From positions 131,212 to 195,211 of the forward strand of contig JAUWZS010000002.1 of the NCBI GenBank assembly GCA_030615205.1: 64,000 nucleotides of DNA, given 5' to 3'. The notes under the pieces are model-generated. The model ran no database searches, was not told the DNA's origin, and saw nothing but the letters and a program-made list of their open reading frames with translations. Shown here piece by piece: positions 38,613 through 48,691 of this stretch (position 1 is the stretch's first letter; each line of letters starts with the position of its first letter). Source of the stretch: Candidatus Aenigmatarchaeota archaeon (GTDB lineage: Archaea; Aenigmatarchaeota; Aenigmatarchaeia; CG10238-14; SCSR01). Both the position numbers and the translations under genes were made by a program.

Positions 38613-39233
38613 ATGATTAAGGCGATAATTTTCGACATAGGCGGAGTGGTACTTGAATGGCCCACTCGATTGGAAGTTGATGTAATTTATAGATATATTG
38701 CAGAAAGATTTGGATTTAATTTTGAAGAAGTAAAAGAAAAAATCAAAGCCTTGGTATATCCTCTGAAGGGTGGAGAGATAACTGAAAAAGAATGCTGGAG
38801 TAGATTTTTCAATTCCTATGGTAAAGCTCTGCCAGATGATTGGAAAGACCTATGGCAAAAGATATTCAGAGAAAAGGCAAAATTAAATGAAGATGTAATG
38901 AAGACAGTAAAGGCGCTTAAAAGCAATGGTTATCAACTCGCAGTGATCACAAACACTATACCTTCCCATAATGCTTGGGTAGAAAAAATGAAGTGGTACG
39001 AGCCTTTTGATATCTTAGTTATCTCTTGCAAAGATGGAGTAGTAAAGCCCGAGCCTGCTATATTTGAACTTGCATTAAAGAAGCTCGGATTGAAAGGACA
39101 CGAATGTATTTTTATCGATAATGTTGAAAAGAACATCCGCGGTGCTGAGCGTGCGGGCCTGCATGGTATTCTTTTTGAAAATGCTGAACAAATGAAAAAA
39201 GATTTGGAAAAATTTGGTGTTAAAATTGAGTGA
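38613..39233 (+). CDS. HAD-superfamily hydrolase (subfamily IA-like)
   Basis: Motif I IIFDIGGVV, motif II ITNT, motif IV IFIDNVEKNIRGAERAG. Paralogue of 45538..46152. Confidence 0.8.
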   Translation: MIKAIIFDIGGVVLEWPTRLEVDVIYRYIAERFGFNFEEVKEKIKALVYPLKGGEITEKECWSRFFNSYGKALPDDWKDLWQKIFREKAKLNEDVMKTVKALKSNGYQLAVITNTIPSHNAWVEKMKWYEPFDILVISCKDGVVKPEPAIFELALKKLGLKGHECIFIDNVEKNIRGAERAGLHGILFENAEQMKKDLEKFGVKIE

Positions 39234-42063
39234 AAGTGAAATTAAAATTGAAGAAAATATTTTTGGAAAACTGAACCCGCAATTGAAAAAACTTGTGAAA
39301 AAGAGGTTCAAGCAGCCAACGCTCCCGCAAAGCTTGGCCATAACTCCGATTCTCGCAGGCATGAACATAATGGTCATTTCTGAGACAGGAACAGGAAAAA
39401 CAGAGAGTGTAATGCTCCCAATATTTTCGATGCTTTTGGACAAAACTTCGAAACCAATCACAGTGCTTTACATAACACCTCTTAAAGCGCTTAATCGTGA
39501 TTTGCTTGACAGGCTCATCTGGTGGGCGAACAAGCTCGAGTTGGAAATTGCTGTGCGTCATGGCGACACTTCACAATACCAACGAAAGCAGCAAACAGAA
39601 TTCCCGCCACATATGCTTATTGTAACACTTGAAACATTGCAGCCTATTCTTACAGGAAAAAGAATACGTGAGCATTTGCGGAATGTCAAGTATGTAATTT
39701 TAGATGAAGTACACGAGACTGTGGAAAGTAAACGCGGCATACAGCTTGCATTGGGATTGGAGCGGCTTAAAAAACTGTGTGGCGACTTTCAGTTGATTAT
39801 GCTATCTGCAACTGTGGGATCTCCGGAAAAGGTTGCAGCATTTTTCTCAGCCGGCCAGAATGTAAAAATCGTTCGTGCCGAGACGCCGAAGCAGTTCGAA
39901 ATAAAAGTCATAAGCCCACGACCAAAGCCGACGGACGACAAAATTGCAAAGAAAGTTTTTACTTCAAAGGAAACTGCTGCACGGTTGAGGACTATCATGG
40001 AGCTTATTAAAGAATCACGCTCTTCGCTGACGTTTACAAATACGCGCGAGTTTGCTGAGATTCTCGCTTCACGTATAAAAACAATCGACAAAGCATTCCC
40101 TGCAGAGATACACCACAGCAGCCTGAGCAAAAGCGTACGTATAAGCACTGAGAAAAAGTTCAAAGCTGAAGAGATAAAATCAATAATTTGCACATCGTCG
40201 CTGCAGTTGGGCATAGACATAGGAAGCATCGACCAAGTCACACAATACATGTCACCACGTAGTGTCACGCAGCTTATACAACGTGTAGGCCGCAGCGGTC
40301 ATGGCATCGAGCGTGTTAGCAAAGGCATAGTTATTGCAACAGACGAAGATGATTGTTTTGAAGCTACTGTAATTGCGCGCCGGGCGCTTGCCGGGCAGAT
40401 AGAGCCTACAAAATCTCACAGAAATTCATTAGACGTGCTCGCGCATCAGCTGGTCGGCATGACACTGGAAGATTGGAAGATTGATCTACAGCAGGCTTAT
40501 CAAACTATAAGAAAAGCCGGACCGTACAATTCGATGAGCTTTGACGAGTTCATGTCTGTATGCAAGCAGTTGCAGCAGATTGGTCTTGTATTCCTCAACG
40601 GCTACATAAAAAAGAAACGTCGTGGCTTCAGCTATTATTTCCAGAATCTTTCGACTATCCCTAGTATTAAGCAGTATAAAATCTTTAACACGCTGGACCA
40701 GAGCTTTGTCGGCGTGCTGGATGATGGGTTTGTGTCTATACATGGCGATCCAGGCACTACGTTCATTGTAAAAGGCGAGCCGTGGCGGATAATCGAGACA
40801 GAGGAAGACCGTATCCTCGTTGAGCCGTCGAATGACATAGAGGCAGCTGTGCCCGGATGGGAAGGCGAATTGATGCCAGTACATTTTGATGTTGCACAAG
40901 AAGTCGGGAATTTGCGCGGCCGTATATACAAACTGCTTGACAAAATGAAGGAAAAAGAAGTTATTGAAGAGTTGAAGCACGAGTATCCGATAGGCGACAA
41001 TGTAGCGAAAAAAATGGTAAAAATAATAAAGCAGCAGAAAAAGCACGACAAGACAATGATTACGGATGACAAAAATATCCTTGTTGAAGATTATGAAAAC
41101 ATTGTTGTGCTCCACACTTGCTTTGGTTCTATTGTAAACCAGACTATCGGTCGATTTCTGGCTACGTTGCTCACGGCACGGCTCGGCTCGATCGGATTGA
41201 AAACAGACCCGTATCGCATAATGATACAGTTCCAACAAAAGAATCTCGGATTGATTAAAGAGATATTGCTAAAGACAAAACCCGAGCATCTACGAAATTA
41301 TTTAGAACTTTCAATCGCGAAAACCGAATTGTTCCAATGGAAATTCGTGCATGTGGCCAAACGCTTTGGTGCTTTTTCACGCGATGCGCAATTGAGCCGC
41401 AGGAAATTAAAAAGTGTTATAGAAGATTATGTAAACACTCCTGTTTTCAAAGAGACAATGCGCGAGATTGAAACTGAGAAACTTGACATTGAACGCGCAA
41501 CAGAGCTGCTCGGCAAAATGCAGTCCGGTGAGATAAAACTAGTTTTCAAACGCGGCATCTCGCCACTCGGCAAAATCGGCATAAAGCACAAGTATGCAGA
41601 AGTCATTGGTCCAGAGCGTCCAACAAAGGAAATCTTCGAACTTTTCAAACATAGGTTGATGAACACAAAAACACGACTCGCTTGCATGAATTGCGGAGAA
41701 TGGACGCAGAGTTACACAATAAAAGATATGCCTGAAGCTGTCAAATGTTCAAAGTGCGGGGCTTTGCTGCTAGCAGTCGTTCATCCAAGACAAAGCAATA
41801 TCCTAAAAATCATCCAAAAACATTTAAAGAAAAAGCGATTGAGGCCAGACGAGGAAGAACTGCTGAACCGCGCGAAAAAGAGCGCAGACTTGTACATAAC
41901 ATACAAACGTGCAGCTGTGATCATGCTTGCTGGCCGCGGTGTTGGACCGTACACAGCAAAAAGAATTTTGCGAAAATACCACGAGAGCGTCGAAGACCTG
42001 CTGAAAAACATACTTGAAGCAGAGCGTGCATTTTTACGTACGAAAAAATATTGGAAGGTTTAA
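39214..42063 (+). CDS. Lhr-type large DEAD/DEAH-box helicase
   Basis: Motif I SETGTGKT, motif Ia YITPLKALNRD, motif II LDEVHE, motif VI QRVGRSGH, plus a long DEAD-associated C-terminal region with zinc ribbon CMNCGEW...CSKCGA. The start is ambiguous (GTG 39214 or TTG 39226) and overlaps the HAD stop. Confidence 0.85.
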   Translation: MVLKLSESEIKIEENIFGKLNPQLKKLVKKRFKQPTLPQSLAITPILAGMNIMVISETGTGKTESVMLPIFSMLLDKTSKPITVLYITPLKALNRDLLDRLIWWANKLELEIAVRHGDTSQYQRKQQTEFPPHMLIVTLETLQPILTGKRIREHLRNVKYVILDEVHETVESKRGIQLALGLERLKKLCGDFQLIMLSATVGSPEKVAAFFSAGQNVKIVRAETPKQFEIKVISPRPKPTDDKIAKKVFTSKETAARLRTIMELIKESRSSLTFTNTREFAEILASRIKTIDKAFPAEIHHSSLSKSVRISTEKKFKAEEIKSIICTSSLQLGIDIGSIDQVTQYMSPRSVTQLIQRVGRSGHGIERVSKGIVIATDEDDCFEATVIARRALAGQIEPTKSHRNSLDVLAHQLVGMTLEDWKIDLQQAYQTIRKAGPYNSMSFDEFMSVCKQLQQIGLVFLNGYIKKKRRGFSYYFQNLSTIPSIKQYKIFNTLDQSFVGVLDDGFVSIHGDPGTTFIVKGEPWRIIETEEDRILVEPSNDIEAAVPGWEGELMPVHFDVAQEVGNLRGRIYKLLDKMKEKEVIEELKHEYPIGDNVAKKMVKIIKQQKKHDKTMITDDKNILVEDYENIVVLHTCFGSIVNQTIGRFLATLLTARLGSIGLKTDPYRIMIQFQQKNLGLIKEILLKTKPEHLRNYLELSIAKTELFQWKFVHVAKRFGAFSRDAQLSRRKLKSVIEDYVNTPVFKETMREIETEKLDIERATELLGKMQSGEIKLVFKRGISPLGKIGIKHKYAEVIGPERPTKEIFELFKHRLMNTKTRLACMNCGEWTQSYTIKDMPEAVKCSKCGALLLAVVHPRQSNILKIIQKHLKKKRLRPDEEELLNRAKKSADLYITYKRAAVIMLAGRGVGPYTAKRILRKYHESVEDLLKNILEAERAFLRTKKYWKV

Positions 42064-42115
42064 TTATCTGATTCCTACTAAGAATATATATTAACTAAGT
42101 AGAGAAAAATTATAT

Positions 42116-43660
42116 ATGAAAAGTGGCTGTAAAATAGCGTCAATCGCTTTTTTCCTATCTTTGTTTGTTTTTTCTAGTTGTGCCCAAGCGAGTACATCTG
42201 GATTGAATTTTGGGACTGTGACTGCGAATACTGGATTAAGTTATGGAGATTACGTTATATATTCTGATCTTGGATCAAATGATGGATGGGCAAGGATATT
42301 AATAACAGATTCCCAAGAAAAGACCATCGACACTTCTGTAATAACTAAAGGTGAGATGAGAACCTTTTCAGATTTAAAATTTGATATAGCTGTCACAGGT
42401 GTAGAAGCATTGCAAGATGGGACTGTAGTCGGGACTGATATAGCTGTCGATTCTGTTGGTAAAATCAAGATCGGCACAATCGATGCTGATACATCTCTTG
42501 TTGTAAAATACAATGTGTATCCAACTTTAGCTGGTAATGACGGATGGGTTAAAGTAATGATAAAAGACGAGTATGATAATGTTTTGGATACTCTGATAAT
42601 AAACGAGGGTGAAACTAAAGAATCGTCTTCTGCAGGACTAGCGATAAACGCAAATGATGTATTAGCACTAGAAGATGGTACAGTTTTATCTGTAAAACTT
42701 ATCGTTGGAAAAGTGGGAACTGTAACTGCTATAGATACGTTAGAATATATGGGATATTCTATTTACTCTGATTTAGGATCAACTGATTATTGGGCGCAAA
42801 TAAGAATTTTTGACGAGTCTGATAACAGTTACCTCCCAATTATTATCAACGAAGGATCCACTCGCACGTTCTTGGATTTCTACATAAAAGTGCTGGATGT
42901 ACGGGCTTTACAAGACGGCACGATCGTAGGTGTCGACTTGATTATTGGGAACAGTAAAAGTGTGAAAACTAACGGCTTTATAGAGCATTCGGGATTGCTC
43001 ATAAATTCTGATTCTGGAGCAGATAACGAATGGGCCAGTATAAAGATTTCAAATATGGAGAATGTTGTTGACACTTTGATAATAAACAGAATGAGTACAA
43101 GAGATTCGAATACAAACATCAGGATAGGCGTCTCCGATGTGGACGCCCTACAAGATGGCACAGTAATTGGCACAGGAGTTGTGATTGGTTCAATAGATTC
43201 TGAACCACCTACGACTACTACTACAACTACTACGCCAGAGGCTGTAACAACCACAACAACAATTGTACCAACAACAATTATCCCAACAACAACCACAACA
43301 ACTACTCCAGAGGATGTAACGACTACTACAACTACTACGCCTGAAGTAACTACAACCACAACAACAATTGTACCAACAACAACCACAACTGTTGGATGTC
43401 CGTCCGGGTGTATCTATAACGAAACTTGTTTCGATTTCGGTATAAGAATATTAGTTGACAATACGCCAGAGTACTGCAATCCAATATCAAAAACATTCGA
43501 ATCTCAAATAGGGGTTAATGCAACATGTCAAAATAACTACGAATGTTTAAGCAACTCGTGCAGTAATGGTGCTTGCGTAGAACCGATGAGTTTATTGACT
43601 GCAATATTAAACGCGTTAAAAGGATTGATCGACTTCTTCAGTTTTAGTTGGATTAGATAG
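42116..43660 (+). CDS. secreted protein with four to five ~85-aa internal repeats, Thr-rich linker and Cys-rich C-terminal domain
   Basis: Signal peptide. Repeats are marked by GxNDGW(A/V)(R/K)hxIxD ... (A/V)LQDGTh(V/I)G. Linker TTTTTTTTPEAVTTTTTIVPTT... C-terminal CPSGCIYNETC...CQNNYECLSNSCSNGAC. Confidence 0.65.
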   Translation: MKSGCKIASIAFFLSLFVFSSCAQASTSGLNFGTVTANTGLSYGDYVIYSDLGSNDGWARILITDSQEKTIDTSVITKGEMRTFSDLKFDIAVTGVEALQDGTVVGTDIAVDSVGKIKIGTIDADTSLVVKYNVYPTLAGNDGWVKVMIKDEYDNVLDTLIINEGETKESSSAGLAINANDVLALEDGTVLSVKLIVGKVGTVTAIDTLEYMGYSIYSDLGSTDYWAQIRIFDESDNSYLPIIINEGSTRTFLDFYIKVLDVRALQDGTIVGVDLIIGNSKSVKTNGFIEHSGLLINSDSGADNEWASIKISNMENVVDTLIINRMSTRDSNTNIRIGVSDVDALQDGTVIGTGVVIGSIDSEPPTTTTTTTTPEAVTTTTTIVPTTIIPTTTTTTTPEDVTTTTTTTPEVTTTTTTIVPTTTTTVGCPSGCIYNETCFDFGIRILVDNTPEYCNPISKTFESQIGVNATCQNNYECLSNSCSNGACVEPMSLLTAILNALKGLIDFFSFSWIR

Positions 43661-43693
43661 TAGAAGCAGAAGCGAAAAAAAATATTGGAAAGT

Positions 43694-44143
43694 TTAAATC
43701 AATCCAAGTTTTTCAAACCAATACTGCCAGACCGGTTCCAGTCTTTTTTCCGATTTTAATTTTTTAATTTCCTCTATACTATACCAACCAGCAGATTTGG
43801 TTTCTCTGTGGCCGCGCTTGAGCTCGCCAGAGGCCTCGCAAGAAAATAAATACCAATAATGTACGCCTATGCCTTTGACACACCAATTCCAGTCCAGTTC
43901 TTCTTCAGCAATCAGCTTACATTTTTCAATCTTTAGTCCGCTTTCTTCTTCAACTTCACGCGCCAAGGCCTGTTCAGCTGTCTCGCCTTCATCAACATGT
44001 CCAGCAGGTCCTGCAAATCCAAGAGGCGGCACGTTCCTATCAATTAACAAATATTTGCCATCTTTTTCAATCAAAGCTCCGACAGAGTAGTGCATTGGCT
44101 TGCCATGTTTTGATTTACCTAATTTCGGAGTTGCTTTGCTCAT
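43694..44143 (-). CDS. Nudix hydrolase
   Basis: Nudix box GPAGHVDEGETAEQALAREVEEESGL. Confidence 0.85.
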   Translation of the reverse strand: MSKATPKLGKSKHGKPMHYSVGALIEKDGKYLLIDRNVPPLGFAGPAGHVDEGETAEQALAREVEEESGLKIEKCKLIAEEELDWNWCVKGIGVHYWYLFSCEASGELKRGHRETKSAGWYSIEEIKKLKSEKRLEPVWQYWFEKLGLI

Positions 44144-44200
44144 AACAATTAGATAGGAAAGACTCTTTATGAGTTTTTGAGTTTTTAAACGAAAAATAAA

Positions 44201-45460
44201 TTAAACTAAAAATAACTGAATTATAAAAACAATTATCCCGGCAACGAGCAACGGCACAAATGCTTTCTTGATTTCTTTCCAGACTTTCTTGCCGCCTATC
44301 CATCTTGCCAGTAACATTTTTGAGAGCGTATTAGAAAGTGCAGCGATTATTATAGCGTTTATTGCTGTGCTGAGAGGCATGCCGTTGGGCACAGCGGAAA
44401 GAGAAGCCAGGCTTATTGTTATTGCATCCACATCAAAAATCCCAGAAAGCGCGGCTATTGGATAGATAGCAGACGGGAAATAAAGCTTGGCCATATGAGA
44501 AGCGAACAGGACAGCAACAAAAATAATCATGAATTGGAATATCGGCTTGAATGAAATCGGCGAAGTTAATTTAATTGCTGTGCGGGTTCGCCCGATTTTT
44601 TTCCATGTTATATAACTCATAACATAACCAACCACGCCAAGCGCGGCCAACGCAGGCAGCAATGCAAAGGCAATCGCATAGTCAAAAAACGAAACAACAA
44701 AGAGCATCCGGAAAAACATTGTTGATGCTGCAATAATTATTGCGAAAACAGCGGATTTTATTATTTTTTTGTTTCTCTTTGCCATGCTTGCCATCGAGAT
44801 TGTAACTGATGTGCTGCTTGCAAGGCCGCCGAAAAAGCCTGTCAGCCCCAGTCCTCGACTGCCGAGCAGCTTCATCGCAACATAGCCTGCAAAACTTACA
44901 GACATTACAACAACCATGCTGAGCCAGACGAGATAAGGATTTATGGCACCGTATGGATCGATTGGTGCTTTTGGCAACAGCGGGAGCACGATGAAAACAA
45001 GCGCAGCGAATATAATAGCATCACGTACTTCTTTTTTACTACGTTTGTGCGCAAACTTGTGAAGCGGTTCGAGTGAAAACAGAATCAATGTAAGGATTAT
45101 TCCGAGTGATATCGAAATGAAATACGGCTGTGCCTCAAAAAACAACAGCATGCCGATTATATATGTCAAGAAGAACGCTATCTCTGTTGTCAATCCCACA
45201 GAACCGAATTTTTTGAAGTTCACATAATAGCTTATCAACACCATTCCTGCAACCGCGGCCATTCCCACATAGACAAGCCACACACTAGAAATCAGCTGTG
45301 CTATATACGGCGTAAGCACACCAAACAAACAGATAAGTATAAACGTCCTTACACCAGCAAAAATCTCCTTGCTTTTTTTCGCCCGCCATTCCCGTTCTAT
45401 GCCTATCAGCGCACCAATAGCAAGTGATAAAATTATTTTTTCAAACATAAACAAATCCAT
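44201..45460 (-). CDS. MgtC/SapB domain + DUF4010 membrane protein
   Basis: N-terminal LSLAIGALIGIEREW (MgtC signature) followed by about 10 further TM helices. Confidence 0.7.
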   Translation of the reverse strand: MDLFMFEKIILSLAIGALIGIEREWRAKKSKEIFAGVRTFILICLFGVLTPYIAQLISSVWLVYVGMAAVAGMVLISYYVNFKKFGSVGLTTEIAFFLTYIIGMLLFFEAQPYFISISLGIILTLILFSLEPLHKFAHKRSKKEVRDAIIFAALVFIVLPLLPKAPIDPYGAINPYLVWLSMVVVMSVSFAGYVAMKLLGSRGLGLTGFFGGLASSTSVTISMASMAKRNKKIIKSAVFAIIIAASTMFFRMLFVVSFFDYAIAFALLPALAALGVVGYVMSYITWKKIGRTRTAIKLTSPISFKPIFQFMIIFVAVLFASHMAKLYFPSAIYPIAALSGIFDVDAITISLASLSAVPNGMPLSTAINAIIIAALSNTLSKMLLARWIGGKKVWKEIKKAFVPLLVAGIIVFIIQLFLV

Positions 45461-45537
45461 AAAGCTCCCGTAATAGAATTAGAAGCCGTTCAAGATAATA
45501 TTTTGTTTTTTTATTTGTGGAGAAACGAATTTTAATT

Positions 45538-46152
45538 ATGTCTCATGATGAAGAAAATAAGATCAAAGCAGTTATCTTCGATATTGGAGGTGTTTATTTA
45601 AAAGGTAGTAGAAAGGACATATACTCTAGTTTATCGGAACAATCCGAAGTAGACTTTGAATTCATCAAAAGCCAACTCAATAAATTTTACACTGAGTTAG
45701 AAGATACTGATTTCTTCTGGAGAAAAATCGCAGACATATTGAAACAGAAAGATTATGGAAAAGTCAGAAAAATATGGTTGGAAGCAGTAGAAAAGAAATT
45801 TGTAGTTAATAAAAAAGTAAAAGAAATTATAGAAAATCTTAAAAAATCAAATTATAAAATTGCAGCTTTAACCGACACAAACATAGTTCACTCAACTTTT
45901 ATTAAAAAAATGGGGTATTATAAACCTTTTGATGTTGTAATTTTATCTTCTGAAGTTGGAGTAAAAAAACCTGATATCAAAATATATAAGATTGTAACTG
46001 AAAAATTACTCTTGAAGCCAAAAGAATGCATCTACATCGATGACAATAAACGTAATTTAATTCCAGCAAAAAAACTAGGTATGAAAACAATTTTGTTCAA
46101 AAATGCAAAGCAGCTTGAAAACGAATTGAATAAACTTGGAATATTGAATTAA
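45538..46152 (+). CDS. HAD-superfamily hydrolase (paralogue of 38613..39233)
   Basis: VIFDIGGVYL, LTDTN and IYIDDNKRNLIPAKKLGM. ATG at 45538. Confidence 0.8.
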   Translation: MSHDEENKIKAVIFDIGGVYLKGSRKDIYSSLSEQSEVDFEFIKSQLNKFYTELEDTDFFWRKIADILKQKDYGKVRKIWLEAVEKKFVVNKKVKEIIENLKKSNYKIAALTDTNIVHSTFIKKMGYYKPFDVVILSSEVGVKKPDIKIYKIVTEKLLLKPKECIYIDDNKRNLIPAKKLGMKTILFKNAKQLENELNKLGILN

Positions 46153-46187
46153 ACGAAATTGTCTAACCTATTTTCACCAACCTATTT

Positions 46188-47042
46188 TTACCAACCGCCT
46201 CCAGCGCCTCCGCCTCCCGATCCGCCTCCACCAAATCCACCACCACCGAATCCGCCGCCTCCGCCACCGCGACCTCTTCCTCCGCCGGCAAGGAATATAA
46301 AGAAAGGATAACATCTCCTTCTTTTCTTCTTTACACATTTTTTATATCCGCATTTTTTGCAGATATGACAAATCATGTTGCCCTTGCGCTCCACACGCAT
46401 CCATGAATGGCATTTTGGGCATATGTGATTTTTAACAGAGATTATTATAGGAGGTAATATAAAAATAGCCAACATGAATAGAAGCAAGTAGCTATAATCG
46501 AACCATAGCTCATCTAACCCATCAGGCTCAAACTCGCCACTCAAAGTTTCGTTGCCTGCGATTATATCAGCAAGCGTTTTCACAGTAAGGTAAAGCCCTT
46601 CGCCATATTTTTCATCCTGGAAATAACTAGTCATATATGCTCGTCCGATGCGGCCTGCTTTTGCATCGTTTATATCTCCCTCCAGGCCATAACCAACTTC
46701 TATTTTCCATCGCCTGTCGCTGATTGCAGCAACTATAAGTATGCCGTTGTCTATTCCTTTTTGCCCGATGCCATTCTTCTCAAACACCTTTACAGCATAT
46801 TCTTCTATCGGCATTGGCTGCGTACTGTTCACTATAAGCACTGCTATCTCAGCTGTGGTTGCTGATTCGAGCTGCGCGGCGTAATTGTTTATCATACTTT
46901 CATACGAGGAATTGATTACGTTCGCAAAATCGCTCACATATGGTACAATAGTTGGTATGTCCTGTGCATGCACTTGTGCGGAAAAAAATAGTAAAGAAAA
47001 TAAAAAAGTAAAGATTAGTGTGGCAAATATTGTTTTTTTCAT
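46188..47042 (-). CDS. TPM-domain protein (YgcG-like) with zinc-ribbon insert and Gly-rich tail
   Basis: Signal peptide. TPM core VSDFANVINS...AEIAVLIVNS...DNGILIVAAISDRRWKIEVGYGLEG. TM, then CPKCHSW...CHICKKCGYKKC. Tail GGGRGRGGGGGGFGGGGFGGGGSGGGGAGGGW. Adjacent to lemA. Confidence 0.75.
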   Translation of the reverse strand: MKKTIFATLIFTFLFSLLFFSAQVHAQDIPTIVPYVSDFANVINSSYESMINNYAAQLESATTAEIAVLIVNSTQPMPIEEYAVKVFEKNGIGQKGIDNGILIVAAISDRRWKIEVGYGLEGDINDAKAGRIGRAYMTSYFQDEKYGEGLYLTVKTLADIIAGNETLSGEFEPDGLDELWFDYSYLLLFMLAIFILPPIIISVKNHICPKCHSWMRVERKGNMICHICKKCGYKKCVKKKRRRCYPFFIFLAGGGRGRGGGGGGFGGGGFGGGGSGGGGAGGGW

Positions 47043-47075
47043 TTCGAACAACCTTTGATTAATTTGCTCAGCCTG

Positions 47076-47651
47076 TTATGCGAATACTTCTGGCGCAGTC
47101 TCAGCACCTTCAGCTGCCTCGAAGTATATCTTCTCTGTGAATCCGAACGCATTTGCCAACATATTTGTCGGGAATACTTTTATTGCTGTATTGTAACCTC
47201 GTACTGCATCGTTGTATCTCATCCTTCCGACTGCTATTCTGTTTTCAGTACCAGCAAGTTCGTCCATCAGGTTGCTGATTGCTGTGATTGTTTTAAGATC
47301 TGGATAGTTTTCGTACACAAGCAAAAGCCTGGCTATTGCCGAGTCCCATTGCTCAGCCGTATCTATCCGCTCGGTCACACTTGTTGAAGTTGCCCATCGG
47401 CTTCTTAGGGTTGTCAATTCTGTCAATAAACTAGCTTCGAACTGCTCATACTCCCTGACAGTATTAACCAAGCTCGGTATAAGGTCGTATCTTCGCTGGT
47501 ATTGCGTCTCTACTTGCGCCCATTTCTCGGTCACTGTTTGATCAAGCCCGACAAGGCCGTTGTACATCACAACGATCCCTATGCCAATCACTGCAATTAC
47601 CACTATTCCTATGAACCAAGGTTGCATGTAGAATGGTTTTTTCTTTGCCAT
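47076..47651 (-). CDS. lemA: LemA family protein
   Basis: N-terminal TM, then YNGLVGLDQTVTEKWAQVETQYQRRYDLIPSLVNTV, the LemA signature. Confidence 0.85.
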   Translation of the reverse strand: MAKKKPFYMQPWFIGIVVIAVIGIGIVVMYNGLVGLDQTVTEKWAQVETQYQRRYDLIPSLVNTVREYEQFEASLLTELTTLRSRWATSTSVTERIDTAEQWDSAIARLLLVYENYPDLKTITAISNLMDELAGTENRIAVGRMRYNDAVRGYNTAIKVFPTNMLANAFGFTEKIYFEAAEGAETAPEVFA

Positions 47652-47767
47652 ATTATCTTTCTTTATTTTTCTTGTTTAAAAATAAGCAGTATTCGCTCAA
47701 GGTCAAAATTCATTTGATTTATATTGTTAGATAAAGGAATTTAAAGATTATTTTCTTAGTTTTAAAC

Positions 47768-48343
47768 ATGACAACATGGAAGAAAGTTACAAGACAAATA
47801 GCAGATTATATTTATGAGAATTATGAGGCTTTGGTTATAATCCCAAAAAAATTAAAATTCGATGGATACAGATTTGAAAAGGCACTGAAAATAATTAAAT
47901 CTGATATTGAAAAAGATTTTGGTGTGGAAGTCTGTACACACACAGTTAAAGCATATGGTCTCAGAACTTTTAATGAACTTAAAGAAGTTAGAAAGGAGGC
48001 ATATAAAAAAGATAAAAGAAGACGACAACAAAGATTGACAGAAAAGCTAAAAGAAACAAGTCCTGATTATGTTGAATTTGTAGAGTCTGTGAAAAGATTT
48101 GAAAGTGGAGAAAAGCCAGGACCAATAGATCCGGGAAATAATTATGTAAGAGTATTATCAGCTTTGGATAACTATGGTGATTCGATGCTATCAAAGAACT
48201 TGGCTAGAAATGTGGGTGAAGATAGCGTCAAAGAACAATTGAGAGTTTTTGCCATGTATGGCTTAATTGGACATCCTACTCAATCAAAAAGTGCGATATC
48301 ACAAAAAGGTACAAAATATTTAAAAAATATTGAATCTTCTTGA
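47768..48343 (+). CDS. hypothetical protein (possible C-terminal winged helix)
   Basis: 191-aa ORF. The C-terminal SKNLARNVGEDSVKEQLRVFAMYGLI is HTH-like. Weak call. Confidence 0.45.
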   Translation: MTTWKKVTRQIADYIYENYEALVIIPKKLKFDGYRFEKALKIIKSDIEKDFGVEVCTHTVKAYGLRTFNELKEVRKEAYKKDKRRRQQRLTEKLKETSPDYVEFVESVKRFESGEKPGPIDPGNNYVRVLSALDNYGDSMLSKNLARNVGEDSVKEQLRVFAMYGLIGHPTQSKSAISQKGTKYLKNIESS

Positions 48344-48353
48344 CTAACTAGTA

Positions 48354-48608
48354 TTAAGCTTTGATTTTTTTCTGCAACTTTTTTACTTTTGCCAATCTTT
48401 TAACGCGTGCCAACATCTCTTTCTTCAGGCCAATAAAAACTCCGCCTTTTTTGCCAGCGCAGTATGTCGCCTCGCCAGGCTTTATTATTTTGTTCAGCTC
48501 TGAGCTTTCTATGTCTATGTGGATTATTCTCGACCTAGTTTCTTTATCTTTTAGATGTATGTATGCTTTTACTTTAATTGGAATTTTTGATTTTGCAGGA
48601 CCAGACAT
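48354..48608 (-). CDS. small basic protein, unassigned
   Basis: 84 aa and K-rich. No family recognised. Confidence 0.45.
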   Translation of the reverse strand: MSGPAKSKIPIKVKAYIHLKDKETRSRIIHIDIESSELNKIIKPGEATYCAGKKGGVFIGLKKEMLARVKRLAKVKKLQKKIKA

Positions 48609-48691
48609 ATAATCACTTATTACAACAACTTACCTACAATCACTTATCCGCTTAAAAACAATTTAAATTTAGGAAAATAAAAGTGGTACAT

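Noticed and set aside
40486-41238. 250-aa and 145-aa minus-strand ORFs inside the helicase gene.
   Set aside because: They are antisense to the Lhr-type helicase, whose motifs I, Ia, II and VI are in the plus frame.
42880-43386. Val-rich ORFs (also 19298..19525, 21966..22334 and 22353..22895) opposite the Thr-rich linkers.
   Set aside because: They are reverse-complement reading of ACN-rich Thr linker DNA, which gives poly-Val. They are artefacts of low-complexity sequence.
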